A stretch of DNA of 58,862 bases, counting the filler, from Mitosporidium daphniae (taxonomy: Eukaryota): assembly GCF_000760515.2 (NCBI RefSeq). It is 2 parts of 2 records of this genome, joined end to end, with 100 filler letters (N's around TTAATTAATTAA, not from the genome) between each part and the next. Parts side by side here need not be neighbours in the genome. Positions count along the whole stretch, not along the records: positions 1 to 29,387 come from NW_013546201.1; 1 more part is not named here. One strand, written 5' to 3'. The translations under genes and the position numbers were made by a program. The notes below the pieces were generated by a model. That model was not told the DNA's origin and ran no database searches. It saw only the letters and a list, made by a program, of their open reading frames with translations. Shown here one piece after another: positions 1-12,256 of this stretch. The stretch's first letter is position 1. Each line of letters starts with the position of its first letter.

Positions 1-104
1 GCTCCTGCATTCAACAACAGCAAAAAGAACAACCCGACCAAGCAAAGCTGACCGACGTCAACGCAAGATTATGTGCCAAAAAACCAGCCAACGCGGAATT
101 GCAT
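1..104 (-). CDS. 5' end of a spliced gene with a signal-peptide-like N-terminus, running off the window
   Basis: ATG at 104 follows an AAATTT motif. Exon MQFR, then a 45-nt GT..CAG intron (48-92), then LCLVGLFFLLLLNAG, a hydrophobic stretch. Confidence 0.45.
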
Positions 105-584
105 TGAAAAATAAATTTGACTTTTTAAGACCGCCAGGTAACAACGAGATGCGAGCATCTCGTTGTGTACAATCGAAAATTCAAGCTTATGGTGTCGCTG
201 CGGCAATGCTCCAGGCATTGTATAACCCATGCGAGGGCCGGTTGCCAAACTCGCCCATCACACTACAGACTTTTAGATGATCTAGTGGTTATCATGAAAC
301 ATACTGCTAGTCCCCTTTAGACTGCTTATTCGGAATCTCACAAAAAAATCTATTTTTAAAGATACTAGCCAGATTGTGCCTGTCTCTCCATATCCAGATC
401 GAATATATGGCATATTATATCTACGATTAGATAACAAGATATGACTCCTCTTAACTTGCATTTTATTTTAATACAAAAACTTTCAAAGCTCAATTCAAAT
501 AACCTAGCAAAAGCCGATTTAGCGCTTTCTTTTGATGTGTCAAGCTCTTGCGATGATGTTTTTGTTTACATTATTTTTTGGATA

Positions 585-1265
585 ATGTACAGTGTACCTA
601 GTACTATGTTTCTGTGCATCTATACATTTTTACTTGTTTTTGGATTTCCTTTTGGGGATAATTAATTGCACCAATTATCAATACTCACTCTCTGAAATTT
701 ATAGAAATGCCAAGATCCTGCAATATGATGAGCATGGATTGATTGGTTAGTCTTATCAGCTTAAACATGTAGCTAGGTAGCCAGTAGATAATATTGACAC
801 TGTATTTGCTAAACTCGACTCTTGGCTTCGAAAATCAGCCTGATATATTGTCTCTGTGGTCTCAAATTCAGCAGGGCTTTATTTCATCAATAATTCTGTT
901 CGAACTCTGGATGAAGAGGAGGGGCACATCAATTACGCACGCAAACCAAAATTAGATGAAACATTTCTTTCAACATAATTCACTCCCATTTGACCCATCA
1001 TGTAGTTCCAATCAGGGACGCTAGAAATTCAGCAGCAGAATTATTTGATAAGAAAGTTTCCGTTTTTTTCATTGATGCCGATGATAGCTACAAACCCGTC
1101 TACACCGACATTATGACATCTTGCCCAAACTTGCCTGAGCCTGGTATCATTTTTTGGAATGATTGCAGTTGAGAATCGCTAAGAAGGGCAGTACTAGATT
1201 CTGCCTGAATACTTAATGTCAGGGTTCATCAGCCCTATGGCAATTTTCGTGTCTTTACTAAATAA
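585..1265 (+). pseudogene. Degraded class I SAM-dependent methyltransferase (Methyltransf_24-like, bacterial-type)
   Basis: Manual translation: ...YDEHGLIG*...KLDSWLRKSA*...KLDETFLS/NIIHSHLTHHVVPIR...FFIDADDSYKPVYTDI...PGIIFWNDCS*ESLRRAV...GNFRVFTK*. This follows the ExGSWxGxS / FIDAxHxY / GGIIxGDD pattern. Five internal stops and at least one frameshift (~972). Confidence 0.65.
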
Positions 1266-1747
1266 TCACCTCAAGAAAAGCTAAAGTCAAAAATCATTCT
1301 CATAATAAGACACCGCCAATAAAGGCAAATGTTTCAAAAACAGCTAAAGATAAAGTATTTTTCTGAGATCACAAATAGTTTGTAAGCTTACCAAGCTATC
1401 ATGTAAACATTATTCCCAGGACCATTTTTATTATAGCGCCTATCAATAGCAATGAATCAGTTCTATCGAGCGAATATATTTGTTAATCCCTAGAACATGA
1501 TAAACATAATTATTGGTGATGCCGTTGCACGAGATTTTGGCACAACACGGGTATTATTAACACTGGACTTTCACAAGCAAATCCCATGGTGTTGCTTTCT
1601 CGTATTCTAAGAATGCCGGGCAAAATTCCTGTTTTATGGTGCCGTATAGTTTATTGAATAATAAATTATTAGATGCCCCCCTCGAACCCTAGTTCGGGTT
1701 TGATGTAAACTGTAAGCAATTTTTAATCTATCAGCAGTATTTTTCCC

Positions 1748-3033
<1,286 letters not shown>

Positions 3034-3559
3034 AATAGCATCTAGCCTTTGTGACGGTTTTTAAGTTTTCACCCACTAAATATTAATCTGCCAAGGGTTT
3101 GATACGCCTAAATTCAAGGGATTACAAATAAATGGCAAGCGATAAAATCGGAATCAATATTGACATCTATTGGGTTAGTGGATGGGATTTAGGTGCTCTT
3201 CCCAGTTTAGGAGTTGGGTTGAAGTTTAGCATAAGTTCTGCCAAACCTAAATTTAAACTTTGTTCTTTTCTTGTATTCGAGTCTTCCTTGAAAGAAAGAC
3301 ACAGCTTTCAATGCCGCTGTCTGTTAACATTTTTCTGATTGTGGGTATGCCAGGTTCAAACTAGAAGAAGGTAATTTATTGCAGGGGATCTAAATACGAG
3401 AAATTTTCTGTGGCTCATATCGGCGTAAAATGGGATAAACCCCTATTAGGGGTTGCGGTTGCCTATTACCTACCACCTTTGAGCAATCCATCATTAGCTA
3501 TTGAGGATAAAATTTGCAACTTTTTAATAATTTTTAAAGATTAAAACTTTTTCGCTTCC

Positions 3560-4771
3560 ATGACAAAAAGAGACCTGCTTCATGAGGATGATGGAACCGA
3601 ATATTCCTCTCAATATGGAAGCAATCCTGACGTTGTTAAAGTATATGCCGACTTTGACGAAATGAAATTGAAAGAAGACCTTCTCCGAGGGATCTACGCT
3701 TATGGCTTTGACAAACCCTCGGCAATACAGCAAAGAGCGATTGTGCCGATCATTCGAGGCCGTGATATTATTACACAAGCTCAGTCTGGAACAGGAAAGA
3801 CAGGAATGTTTTCTATTGGGATTCTGCAAGCTTTAGATACAAACCTTCGAGAGACACAGGCATTGGTCCTTTCGCCGACCCGAGAATTGGCTGTTCAAAC
3901 GCAAAATGTTTTGCTTGCTCTCGGAGATTTTCTGAACGTTCAGGTGCACATTTGCATTGGGGGCACCAATGTTGGGGAAGATATTCGAAAACTCGATCAT
4001 GGCCAACATGTTGTTTCTGGAACGCCAGGCCGTGTTTTTGATATGATTCAACGCAAGAATCTTCGTACTCGAGCGGTAAAAATGCTTGTCCTCGATGAGG
4101 CCGATGAACTTTTACGAAGAGGATTCAAAGAGCAAATTTACGATATCTACCGCTACCTTCCTCCACAAACCCAAATTGTGGTGGTCTCAGCTACGCTGCC
4201 TATGGATGTTCTTGATATGACATCAAAATTTATGACAGATCCCGTCAAGATCCTAGTGAAGCGCGACGAGTTGACGCTTGAAGGAATCAAACAATTTTTC
4301 GTGGCAGTCGAAAAAGAGGAATGGAAGTTCGATACGCTGTGCGATCTTTATGACACGCTTACCATAACCCAGGCCGTCATCTTTTGTAACACGAAAGCAA
4401 AGGTAGATTGGCTTACGGAAAAAATGCGTGCAGCATCTTTTACGGTTTCCTCCATGCACGGAGACATGCCGCAACGAGAGCGTGATGAGATTATGAAGGA
4501 ATTTCGATCGGGCTCCACGCGCGTCCTTATTACTACGGATGTTTGGGCTCGTGGCATAGATGTACAGCAAGTCTCGCTAGTCATCAATTATGACCTACCC
4601 TCTGTTAGAGAATCCTATATACATCGTATTGGCCGTTCCGGGCGGTTCGGAAGGAAAGGTGTAGCGATCAATTTTGTGATCGCCGATGATGTTACCGTAC
4701 TCAGAGACATTGAACAATACTATTCAACGCAGATTGAAGAAATGCCCATGAACGTCTCGGATATGATGTGA
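3560..4771 (+). CDS. FAL1: DEAD-box helicase eIF4A-III (exon-junction complex core)
   Basis: Motifs [36 protein letters not shown]. eIF4A3-type segments [23 protein letters not shown] and TDVWARG. Intronless. Confidence 0.95.
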   Translation: MTKRDLLHEDDGTEYSSQYGSNPDVVKVYADFDEMKLKEDLLRGIYAYGFDKPSAIQQRAIVPIIRGRDIITQAQSGTGKTGMFSIGILQALDTNLRETQALVLSPTRELAVQTQNVLLALGDFLNVQVHICIGGTNVGEDIRKLDHGQHVVSGTPGRVFDMIQRKNLRTRAVKMLVLDEADELLRRGFKEQIYDIYRYLPPQTQIVVVSATLPMDVLDMTSKFMTDPVKILVKRDELTLEGIKQFFVAVEKEEWKFDTLCDLYDTLTITQAVIFCNTKAKVDWLTEKMRAASFTVSSMHGDMPQRERDEIMKEFRSGSTRVLITTDVWARGIDVQQVSLVINYDLPSVRESYIHRIGRSGRFGRKGVAINFVIADDVTVLRDIEQYYSTQIEEMPMNVSDMM

Positions 4772-4866
4772 TACAATATGATATGATAGGATCCGGGTTA
4801 GTGTGGCTTGATTTAATAACTTTGACAATAAAACTTGAAAACCCCCAAATTTTATAAACTTTACAA

Positions 4867-6231
4867 ATGGATGCACCCCCGGCCTCGTCCTCTTCCCTCC
4901 TTTCCGGCTTTGCAAAGCTGATGTTTTGCATCTGTGGGATTTACGCCTGTTTTTTGACATGGGGAATTCTACAGGAGAGGATATCGACCGTTGCATATCC
5001 AACTGGCATCGAGTCGCTACTAATCGACCGCGTGTCTGTTTTTCCAGCATGCTATTTCATCTCATTTTATAATTATGTGTTTACGCAAGTCCACCAGCTG
5101 CTTCTTGCAGTTACCAAGATCGATGCAAATGACATGGACAATTCTGCGGACAAATTTTCGTCATTCATCTTTTTGAACTTGTCGCAGGCTCTCGCCTCAT
5201 GGATCGTATCGTCAAGTGTAGTTTATTATTATCGCCGCTCTTCCTCCTCAAGAGGGTCTTGCTCCTCTTCTAGTAAAGACTCTTCGCCGTTGATATCTTC
5301 CATACCTGGCCATCCAGTGGCTCCTACCATTGACTCGAGATTTCCAGCGCCCGATAGAAGGCTCTTTTGGCTTTATTTAAAGCTTTCAATCATTTATTCG
5401 GTATCCTCGCCTTTTGCATATGCATCGTTGAAATACATCCACTATGTGGCAATGAATTTGGGAAAGGCTTGTAAACTTCTTCCGCTCGTATTGATTAAAA
5501 TTTTTGTCAAGCGGGAGTCCATTGAGAGGAGAAAGCTTTTCAACCTGCTTCTCATCACAATGGGAGTTGTTGGCTTTCTGTTTTTCGAAGCACCCAAGGG
5601 CGATAGGTCTGCACATCGAATGATGGATCGATCCGAAATTTCAGGCCACCAGGCGCTGATATTTAATTTTGACTCTTTTTCCATTGTGTTCGGTGTTCTC
5701 TTATTGTTGATCAATCTCTTCCTGGACGGACTAATGAATTCGATGCAGGACGAGGTTTTTTCTACCTATAAGCCTTCGCCATTCCACATGATGTTTTACT
5801 TGAACAGAAACTCTACCGTTCTGATGGTTTTGTATCTTTTTTTGGCCCCATGGTCGGATGATTTGAAAAGTGCCCTTAAATTCATCGCCATTAGGCCGTC
5901 TATTCTTCCCGATATTTTTCTATTCAGCACGTGTGGGGCTGTCGGACAAGCAATTGTATTTATGACGCTTGGAAACTTTGGCGCAATCCTTCTGGTCACC
6001 ATCACGGTGACAAGAAAGTTGTTCACCATTTTGCTTTCTGTGCTGTATTTTGGACATTCGTTAACACCTGGGCAATGGTCCTCTGTTTTCATAGTATTTT
6101 TGGCTCTTATTTTGGAGGCGTATTTGTCGTCAAGAAGGAAGCATCCCCTACCCCCTCCTATCGAAGTGACTCCGGTTTCATCCCCGGGAAAGTATAAGGT
6201 TATCAAGCCTCTCAGTGGTAAAGTTAAATAA
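4867..6231 (+). CDS. HUT1: ER nucleotide-sugar transporter, UAA family (HUT1/SLC35B1-like)
   Basis: GIYACFLTWGILQERI, KACKLLP, FLDGLMNSMQD, GAVGQ, TVTRKLFTILLS. Multiple TM segments and a dilysine-like C-terminus (GKVK). Confidence 0.88.
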   Translation: MDAPPASSSSLLSGFAKLMFCICGIYACFLTWGILQERISTVAYPTGIESLLIDRVSVFPACYFISFYNYVFTQVHQLLLAVTKIDANDMDNSADKFSSFIFLNLSQALASWIVSSSVVYYYRRSSSSRGSCSSSSKDSSPLISSIPGHPVAPTIDSRFPAPDRRLFWLYLKLSIIYSVSSPFAYASLKYIHYVAMNLGKACKLLPLVLIKIFVKRESIERRKLFNLLLITMGVVGFLFFEAPKGDRSAHRMMDRSEISGHQALIFNFDSFSIVFGVLLLLINLFLDGLMNSMQDEVFSTYKPSPFHMMFYLNRNSTVLMVLYLFLAPWSDDLKSALKFIAIRPSILPDIFLFSTCGAVGQAIVFMTLGNFGAILLVTITVTRKLFTILLSVLYFGHSLTPGQWSSVFIVFLALILEAYLSSRRKHPLPPPIEVTPVSSPGKYKVIKPLSGKVK

Positions 6232-6265
6232 AGAACATTCCATTGATTTACAAATAAAAATTAAT

Positions 6266-6800
6266 TTAATCCGAGGATGCCTGACGTCTAACTTCAGCAG
6301 GCATACCCGGCGGCAATCCCAATCGCGGATTTCCATTCTCGTCCATCGTCTGATTTCTGATGTTATTCATTGTGTATATCCCGGTTTCGATTGACATTTT
6401 ATGCCGCATCCGGCAAATATTCCTAACATGAGCAAAAAAGCCTACCAGGCAAAGATATTGCCCACAAAGTATCCGGCTAAAGCATATTTAAAAACCCTGG
6501 AATCTTTTCTAAATTTAATGAAGGCGGCTGTTGCGGTCACTCCTGCGGTGAGAAATCCGCAATTGTATGCAAACGCAAAGCAGGCGATGTTTCCAAGGTT
6601 TTCCATCTCATATTTAAGATTCTACAAATACAAATAAACATGTCAAATAATCTGACTCTGAAAATAGCTGGAAGCATCGAACCAAATGTTGCCGATTGCA
6701 TATTCTGTAAATGACTGGGCATGGTGGCGCTCAAGGTTAACGGCGTTGAGCTTTTGCCGTTGCAATCAGGAGACGTAGTGTCGGCTTGGCGATGCGCCAT
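6266..6800 (-). CDS. Hypothetical small spliced membrane protein
   Basis: ATG at 6800. Short GT-AG introns near 6620-6656 and ~6445 join hydrophobic segments (IACFAFAYNCGFLTAGVTATAAF, ALAGYFVGNIFAW) to a last exon ending RRQASSD* at 6266. Confidence 0.45.
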
Positions 6801-7058
6801 AAAAAGATCAATTAACGCTCTTTAAATAATTAATTTTTTGAAAGGATCAAATTAAACACTGGCCAAATGGTCAAATTTCTCAGCCAAATTTTGGAGCACA
6901 TCAGTTTGAATTATAATTTGTTTTGAAAAATGAAGGTTGCCTGCCACCAATGCAAATTTAATAAAATTACATTCTTGTAAGAATAAATGGCAGCCAATGA
7001 AAAGTTGTGTGGCCCAATAAAATTCTTCATTTTTATACAATTCATTAATTACTTGGAT

Positions 7059-7343
7059 ATGCCGGCCTTTGAGCTGAACATGGCATCTCTTGCCCTCTCT
7101 AGTACCTATATTAAGGTCTTGATTATGGCGATAACATTTTTACTGTTGATGTTTCTTATTTTTACATTCTGTTGTCTTAATATCAGGGATGTGGCAAATG
7201 AAGAGTTTATTTACGACCCCAAAACCGACAAAAAACGGCTCAGAAAGCGATGTTCCAAAAGACGGTCTAGGCTGGCCATCACCGAAAGATCCAGCCCCAT
7301 TTCTACAGCAGCTGCGGGTTGCCCAGATTCTCCCAACGAATAG
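7059..7343 (+). CDS. Hypothetical single-pass membrane protein
   Basis: One long hydrophobic helix (VLIMAITFLLLMFLIFTFCC) followed by a basic tail. Start codon uncertain. Confidence 0.4.
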   Translation: MPAFELNMASLALSSTYIKVLIMAITFLLLMFLIFTFCCLNIRDVANEEFIYDPKTDKKRLRKRCSKRRSRLAITERSSPISTAAAGCPDSPNE

Positions 7344-7402
7344 GCTACCACACGAATAAAGTATGCATGGTGTTTGCTGACGTTGGACAAGCTCATATTT
7401 TC

Positions 7403-9239
7403 TTATGTGTTCCCCATGTCTCCAAATGAACTTTTGCTGCTGAATAAGATTAATAAACATAAAAGAGCTACAAGGATCAAAAAACTTAGCAATGGAATGA
7501 AGGGAAATATCCATATACGCTCAAATGGCGAAAAGATTCCAAGATCATGATGGGGAAAATAAAAAGAAAAGATGTGGTTTGCAAATTTGACCTCCTGGCC
7601 ATATAGGTTTGTCTCTGTGGACTCTGAAATAAATCCTAACCATGCTTCAGTAGTGGCAAAAAAATCGACACTGTCCTCCAAAGATCTGGAGCTTCGGATT
7701 CGAAGTTCCCATGTTCCAAAAGACTTTTCATTAAAAAAGGCCAGGGAAGAAAAAACCCACCCTTTCAAAGGGGCATCGAAAGAATTGAAGCCACTAGTGC
7801 GAGGCCGTGATGTGTCCAGTGGACGCTCTCGAAGCAAAAAGGATTCTGTCCCTTTGGGAGAAACAAGAGAAACTTCGATGTATCCCCTCTCTAGAAAGGC
7901 CACATTGCTCTTTGCAAGCACTCTCTCAATTTTCAAATTGAGGTTTACAGAAAACGTGTAAACCAGCAAAGCCTCCGATTGGTTCTCAATACTTATGTTA
8001 CTTGAAGATATGGAGGAAAAGACAGGAGGGTTGAGAGGGATCCATGAATCTCCAATTGTCACTAGCTTTTCTACGTTAAGCTTCCCAAACGCCGTATATT
8101 CATTGTAGCTTTTGTGCTCCCCTAAAGGGGTAGAAGACTCAATAAGAAGGGCTTGAACATCTCGCCAACCTAAATTTGGTCTCTGTGAAAGCAAAAGTGC
8201 GATGGAGGCAGCAACTATTGGCGCGGCTGCACTTGTGCCGCCGTGGGATCCAGTGCAGCCGAGGTTGCCATCCGAGGTTGTTATTCCTGAAAAGTAGATA
8301 GATTTTTTCTTGATTTTAGCACTAGAAAACATGTCAGAAGAAGAATATGTGACAACATTCATGGCCGGACATCTTTCAGCATACCCAGGAGGGCGGTCCA
8401 TGTGCGTAATTGCACCAACAGAAACGAAAAAGGGATTGATGGCAAATCCATCGGCTCCGCAATGGTCTCCAAACATTCCGCCATTCCCAGCGGCCACCAC
8501 ATAAATGGAGCCTTTTCCAGACCGTCCGTATGTGATCTGAGAAAGGATTGTGCGAAGGATGTCAGGCGACAGCCCACCAAAGGACTTTCCATCGTCTGGA
8601 GGCCCCCAAGAGCATGTATATATATCTGAATTTTTGAAGGAAAACGCAGCCGCCACCGCAGACAAGGGATCGTTTGAAGAGAGCAGCGGAAAATCTACAC
8701 AAATTTGTAAGCAATTTTAAAGGCAACTGAAAATTGAAGAGAGAGGTGCAATTCCAACCCCACATACACCATTATTTGGCAGTGCGCCGATCTGGCCTGC
8801 ACACCGGGTTGCATGGTTTTGGCCTATCTCATCAATTGATGATGTCGTTTTTTGCTGATCAAAAACCTCCTAACACTAATTATCGATTCTAGGAAAGTAC
8901 GAAGTCCCCCACAAACTTGTGTCCAGCCAAATCAGGATGGTCCCAATTGACAGCATAGTCGATCAAAGTTATTTGAATGTCCTGCCCAAAAATGCCTATT
9001 CTTTGAGCCACTGGTGATGTGTTACCTCGCATCCAAACTGGAAGGATATTTATATCTCGCAAAAATGGACGATACGGATGATACTACATCGTTAGGCAAC
9101 CAATAATTGTCGATACAATGTGCCACTGTTCATCCAACTTGGGATCGTCCCAGAGCATGATTTCAGATAGCTTTGGAATGCTAGGTCCCTTTGCCAAGGA
9201 AAGCGTCGTGATCAAAACAACAAACATCAATAGCATCAT
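7403..9239 (-). CDS. KEX2: Kexin/furin-type proprotein convertase (S8B, P domain, TM), spliced
   Basis: Signal peptide MMLLMFVVLITTLSLA, then DDPKLDEQWH. Catalytic D (ITLIDYAVNWDHPDL), H (NHATRCAGQI), N (AAGNGG), S (HGGTSAAAP). Also SWGPPDDGK, P-domain LVSPKGT..GTWEL and a C-terminal TM. Several short introns. Confidence 0.9.
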
Positions 9240-9285
9240 TTATAAAAATATTAATTTCTACTTTTCTTTTCGCATAGAAACGTAG

Positions 9286-9743
9286 CTACCGGGGAACACC
9301 TTTTTTGAGAGGTACGGCAAAAGCCCAAAATGTCTTGCTCTTTTGATGGCAAGGGCGAGCTTTCGTTGTGTTCCGCGGCTGACCCCTATTTTCGGTTAGC
9401 CTAGATGGCATACCATTAATGTCAGACCCCAAAATCCGACCTGTGGGTGACATGAATTGCGACAATAGATATGTATTCTATTAAGGTTAGGCCATTTTGG
9501 ATGGGACACCTTGTATGCCATGTGAAGAGGAAATTTTGTGGCACTGAAAATATCCATGGTCCCGGACTCGGTTTTGACTGAGAATGGGCGATGTTCGGCA
9601 TTCGTTTTTTCGTCGTGCGCAGATAAAGTTGGAAGCTCCACTTTCTACCCTAAATGAAAACGATACCACCTTACGCTTCCTATTGGAAGCCTTTTCGCTC
9701 GAATGCTAGAATAAAAAGCCCGGACGAGCGGGTTAGGTTCCAT
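9286..9743 (-). CDS. RSM18: Mitochondrial ribosomal protein bS18m, spliced
   Basis: Exons carry LLSQFMSPTGRIL and GVSRGTQRKLALAIKRARHFGLLP, the S18 signature. ATG at 9743 follows AAATTT; stop at 9286. Confidence 0.8.
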
Positions 9744-10181
9744 AATAAATTTAATTTTTTTCAAGTTATGAACGCTCAACTCAAACCTCCAGCCCCTCAT
9801 AGTCTTTATGGAAAGTATTTTTGTGGAAAAGAATTTTTGTCTGCAAAGCATATCTTTAGCGGATAAGACAATGTTAGGCGATCCATATACAGACATCAGT
9901 ATATAGGCAGGAGGTTCTTGGATCAGCGTCTGCTTTCCTCGTCGCCAATCCCGTTATTTTCCAACGATACTCAAAAAAACGGTGCCGGATCGAGGTTCTT
10001 GTATTTAACCCTTTCAGATTGCCGCGAATTCCAAAGGGATTCCTTCTCAGATAGGCATTCTTTTGATCTTACCCATAACGTTACACATCCCACAACCGAT
10101 AGGGTGTGCTCTTTCTTCTTGAGATCTATTTAGCAATAAATTCTTTTGTAATTGTTTTTATTATCGAGACGAGTATACTTG

Positions 10182-10280
10182 CATGTGGCCAATTATCTAC
10201 CTATGTGTCTACCTATGTGTCCACCTATGTGTCCACCTATTGCGTGTTTTTCACATGCAGCCAGTTATCTACCTATTGTG
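10182..10280. repeat. Intergenic minisatellite: 12-bp TC(T/C)ACCTATGTG x4 inside a 72-bp-spaced imperfect duplication
   Basis: Units start at 10196, 10208, 10220 and 10232. CATGTGGCCAATTATCTACCTAT (10182) recurs as CATGCAGCCAGTTATCTACCTAT (10254). Confidence 0.85.
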
Positions 10281-10315
10281 TAAAGGCGACTGGGGGTTAA
10301 ACAAATAGTTTAATT

Positions 10316-11968
10316 TCACCACAGGACCAATATAAGACATATAAAGAAGGGGAAAAGAGACTGAGCAGGCGAGGTCATCGTGCCTGATGAGACCGAAAGG
10401 TCAAAATTGACATACTGCGTGGGATCATTGGGGTCATAACCCATCGCTTGAGCTATGACATTTGGNGATTCTGGGCCAAGCGAATGCTCTACCAATTTCC
10501 CGGAAGCCGCTAATCGTAACACCTGGTTATAAACATCGGTAGCAGGTTGGTTGGGGTTTTTTTGTAAAATTTGAGCTACAATCCCAGTAACAAAGGGGGC
10601 AGAGAGAGATGTCCCCGACGGTGTAGAGTAATCCGCTTGCCCGATGTTGGAGGCAGCCATGATCTTGTCGCCCGGCGCAAATAGATTTACACATGTTCCG
10701 TAGTTTGAGTATGAAGACCTTTGATCGTTTGAAGATGAGGCACCCACGGTCAGCACAAATGGATTCCCGGCTGGGCTTTTGGAACATGCATCGGTGTCCT
10801 CATTGCCAGCAGCAACGACAACCGGAATTCCCTGCTCGACAACAGCAGCTATTGCGGAATCAAGAGCAACAGATCTATTATTTCCTCCAAGACTCATATT
10901 AATAACCGCAGGCCTTTTGGTTTCTCCAAACGAAAAAAACCCATCGACAGAAGTGCCTCTGTCATTCAAAATGTAGTCAAGTCCACGGATAAGATCCGAA
11001 TTTTTTCCATTTCCCGAACAATCAAGGACTTTTATCGCCTTTATATTTGCAAGTTTGNCCACCCCGACCGTGGTCCCCGCAATCACGGAAGAAGTTTCTG
11101 TACCATGTCCAGCACAATCGTCAGAGGATCCCGGATAAAAGGACTTTATGATTTTAGCACGCCCGCCGAATTCTAATTTTCAAGTTAATCGCATACGCCT
11201 ACCTTGGTGTCGTGTGTTGATGCCAGAATCCATCACAAACACATCCACGCCTGATCCCGTGTATTGGAATCCAAACTTTCCGGAAATCGGCAACGCCGGG
11301 TTTGAAATCCTAGAGAGGCCCCAGGGTGCATTGCTTTGGATTTGCGAGGAGCTAAAAACCGAATCTCTCTCAACAAGTTTGAGCCAAGGAATTTTAGTGA
11401 GCAGAGTTAAAGGTAGAATCTTCTCCGGAAAGCAGGAGAAGGTTCCTTTCACAGAATGAAGTAAAGTGTCCGTGGTGCTTCCATTAAAAACTTCAAGCGA
11501 TTTGCTTAGCAATGAAATAACATCCTGCTCAGCTCCAGAATGCAGACCGATGATAAAGCAGTTTTCTGCAGTTCGATAATCAGGATCGCCCCAATTAAAT
11601 ATGGCATCTGTTCCAGAATGGTCCGAAATAATATCAAGATCCATATTGAAGAGTCTTTCATAAGAAGGATCCTTTGAAATTTTATCGATTAGCATGGAAT
11701 TTCCTCCAGAAACATCAACCCATTCTTCCGGATCTTTCTGAAGGGTGTACTGTTGAAGATCGGAGAGCGGCAAAGTCAATGGTGAAAAGGCAGAGGATTT
11801 CGTGGATTCCTCAACTGGATTTTGAAGAGTGTGCGTGCCGTTTTGAAGGACATAAAACTTTGAGAATGGCACATCAGCTCCTCTATCTGCTAAATCGATT
11901 TCGATAGTCTGAGAAAACACGGAATAGAGGAAAGGATGCAGCAAAAAGAAGAAGAGCAATAGAAGCAT
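10316..11968 (-). CDS. Subtilisin-like S8A protease (proteinase K type), secreted, probable GPI signal
   Basis: Signal peptide MLLLLFFFLL; APWGLSRI; catalytic D (VFVMDSGI), H (AGHGT), N (AAGN), S (GTSLSAP). One ~30-nt intron near 11173-11202 gives HQ/EFGGRA. C-terminus SSGTMTSPAQSLFPFFICLILVLW. Confidence 0.9.
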
Positions 11969-12148
11969 CGGGGAAATTTTATTTGGAATTTCAAAAATAA
12001 ACAAAAGCCCATGGGCACGTTAGTTTCGATGCCGAAATGAATAAGGTTAGGAGCCTAAATGCATTGATCAATTACAGATTAAATACGCCATTTTGAGCAG
12101 AGCTAATAAATTAGAATTTGTATATTTTTATTTGGTGCCCCAAACAAC

Positions 12149-12232
12149 GGCAAGATGGTCGAGTGGTCTAAGACGTCAGGTTCAGGTCCTGATCTACGCA
12201 AGTGGGCAAGGGTTCGAATCCCTTTCTTGTCA
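12149..12232 (+). tRNA. tRNA-Leu(CAG)
   Basis: Acceptor stem GGCAAGA/TCTTGTC plus discriminator A. Anticodon arm TCAGG-TT CAG GT-CCTGA, long variable arm, GGTTCGAATCC T-arm, and a T5 terminator. Confidence 0.93.
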
Positions 12233-12256
12233 AATTTTTAATATTAATTTTTTTTT

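Noticed and set aside
3036..3418. Possible small spliced minus-strand gene (ATG 3418) between clr4 and eIF4A-III
   Set aside because: Splice-like signals exist, but I could not build a unique exon chain or recognise a product.
9768..10133. Possible small plus-strand spliced gene divergent from RSM18
   Set aside because: Exon structure is ambiguous and no motif was recognised. I also saw no snRNA signature.
10196..10243. Tandem repeat as a CRISPR array or coding STYV repeat
   Set aside because: Units are contiguous 12-mers with no spacers, there are no cas genes, and the context is eukaryotic. The covering ORF has no other support.
12149..12232. tRNA(CAG) as a sign of CUG codon reassignment
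   Set aside because: It has U33 and discriminator A73, typical of Leu, and CTG encodes conserved Leu positions (e.g. DTLCDL in eIF4A-III).
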